From positions 1 through 31,411 of IMG/VR virus record IMGVR_UViG_2852270433_000001: 31,411 nt of DNA. One strand, written 5' to 3'. The stretch is from a virus. A program made the position numbers and the translations under genes. The notes under the pieces are model-generated. The model searched no databases, was not told where the DNA came from, and saw only the letters and a list, made by a program, of their open reading frames with translations. Below, piece by piece: positions 31,244-31,411 of this stretch (position 1 is the stretch's first letter; each line of letters begins with the position of its first letter).

Positions 31244-31411
31244 TTAGTCGTCGTAGTGTCCGTCCGGGTTGTAGCATTGGGGAGCGTGGTCAAAATCCCA
31301 CTCGTCAATGGCCTGCTCTATCTGCTCCAGGAGTCCAACCGCGACGCCGTAGGAAATAGGTTCGCCGTCAACCCGGATGCACCGGTCTTCGTCGTCGTAT
31401 TCAATGGTCAT
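31244..31411 (-). CDS. 55-aa acidic hypothetical protein
   Basis: MTIEYDDEDRCIRVDGEPISYGVAVGLLEQIEQAIDEWDFDHAPQCYNPDGHYDD. The ATG is exactly at the window edge and the stop TAA is at 31244-31246. Below the ORF-track cutoff. Confidence 0.4.
   Translation of the reverse strand: MTIEYDDEDRCIRVDGEPISYGVAVGLLEQIEQAIDEWDFDHAPQCYNPDGHYDD

Larger units (their letters stand above)
1..31411. mobile_element. Temperate tailed-phage genome (prophage), with integration, packaging, head, tail, lysis, recombination, methylation and replication modules
   Basis: Contiguous phage gene set listed below. Long co-oriented gene-dense operons with many ATGA start/stop overlaps. Element ends (att sites) are not visible in the window. 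Confidence 0.85.

Overview
The window is essentially one temperate, siphovirus-like prophage; its att ends are not visible. Layout: a tyrosine integrase (+, 1-1188), then a ~21 kb late operon on the minus strand. Read right to left this holds terS, terL, portal, protease/scaffold, a decoration-like gene, major capsid, head-tail joining genes, a putative major tail protein, a collagen-like fibre, an embedded lysis cassette with an Amidase_3 endolysin, a tail protein with two BACON/Ig-like repeats, tape measure, a GYF-domain membrane protein, a 714-aa distal tail protein and a GT-A glycosyltransferase moron. A small insulated plus-strand island follows (22.1-23.8 kb): a zinc-ribbon protein, then promoter plus palindromic operator, two small acidic ORFs and a Cro-like HTH. 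The early operon lies on the minus strand (23.8-31.4 kb): HTH, RecT, YqaJ exonuclease, DUF1064-like nuclease, Lar-like protein, tiny TM peptides, a C5 cytosine methyltransferase, a frameshifted second methyltransferase, an MmcB-like nuclease, and a replication protein with internal iterons. I saw no rRNA, tRNA or CRISPR array, and no CI-type repressor. The most notable observations are these. (1) The plus-strand cassette has the architecture of an anti-CRISPR/anti-defence acr-aca operon. (2) Several key late genes (terS, terL, portal, capsid, tail genes) read as coding upstream of any canonical start, each with an in-frame AGG where the initiator is expected. (3) An ori-like iteron array sits inside the replication gene. 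(4) There are sharp GC mosaics, about 60 percent versus 40 percent and 20 percent in sampled lines, including a chimeric tape measure gene. All functional calls rest on motif recognition by eye; no database search was possible.
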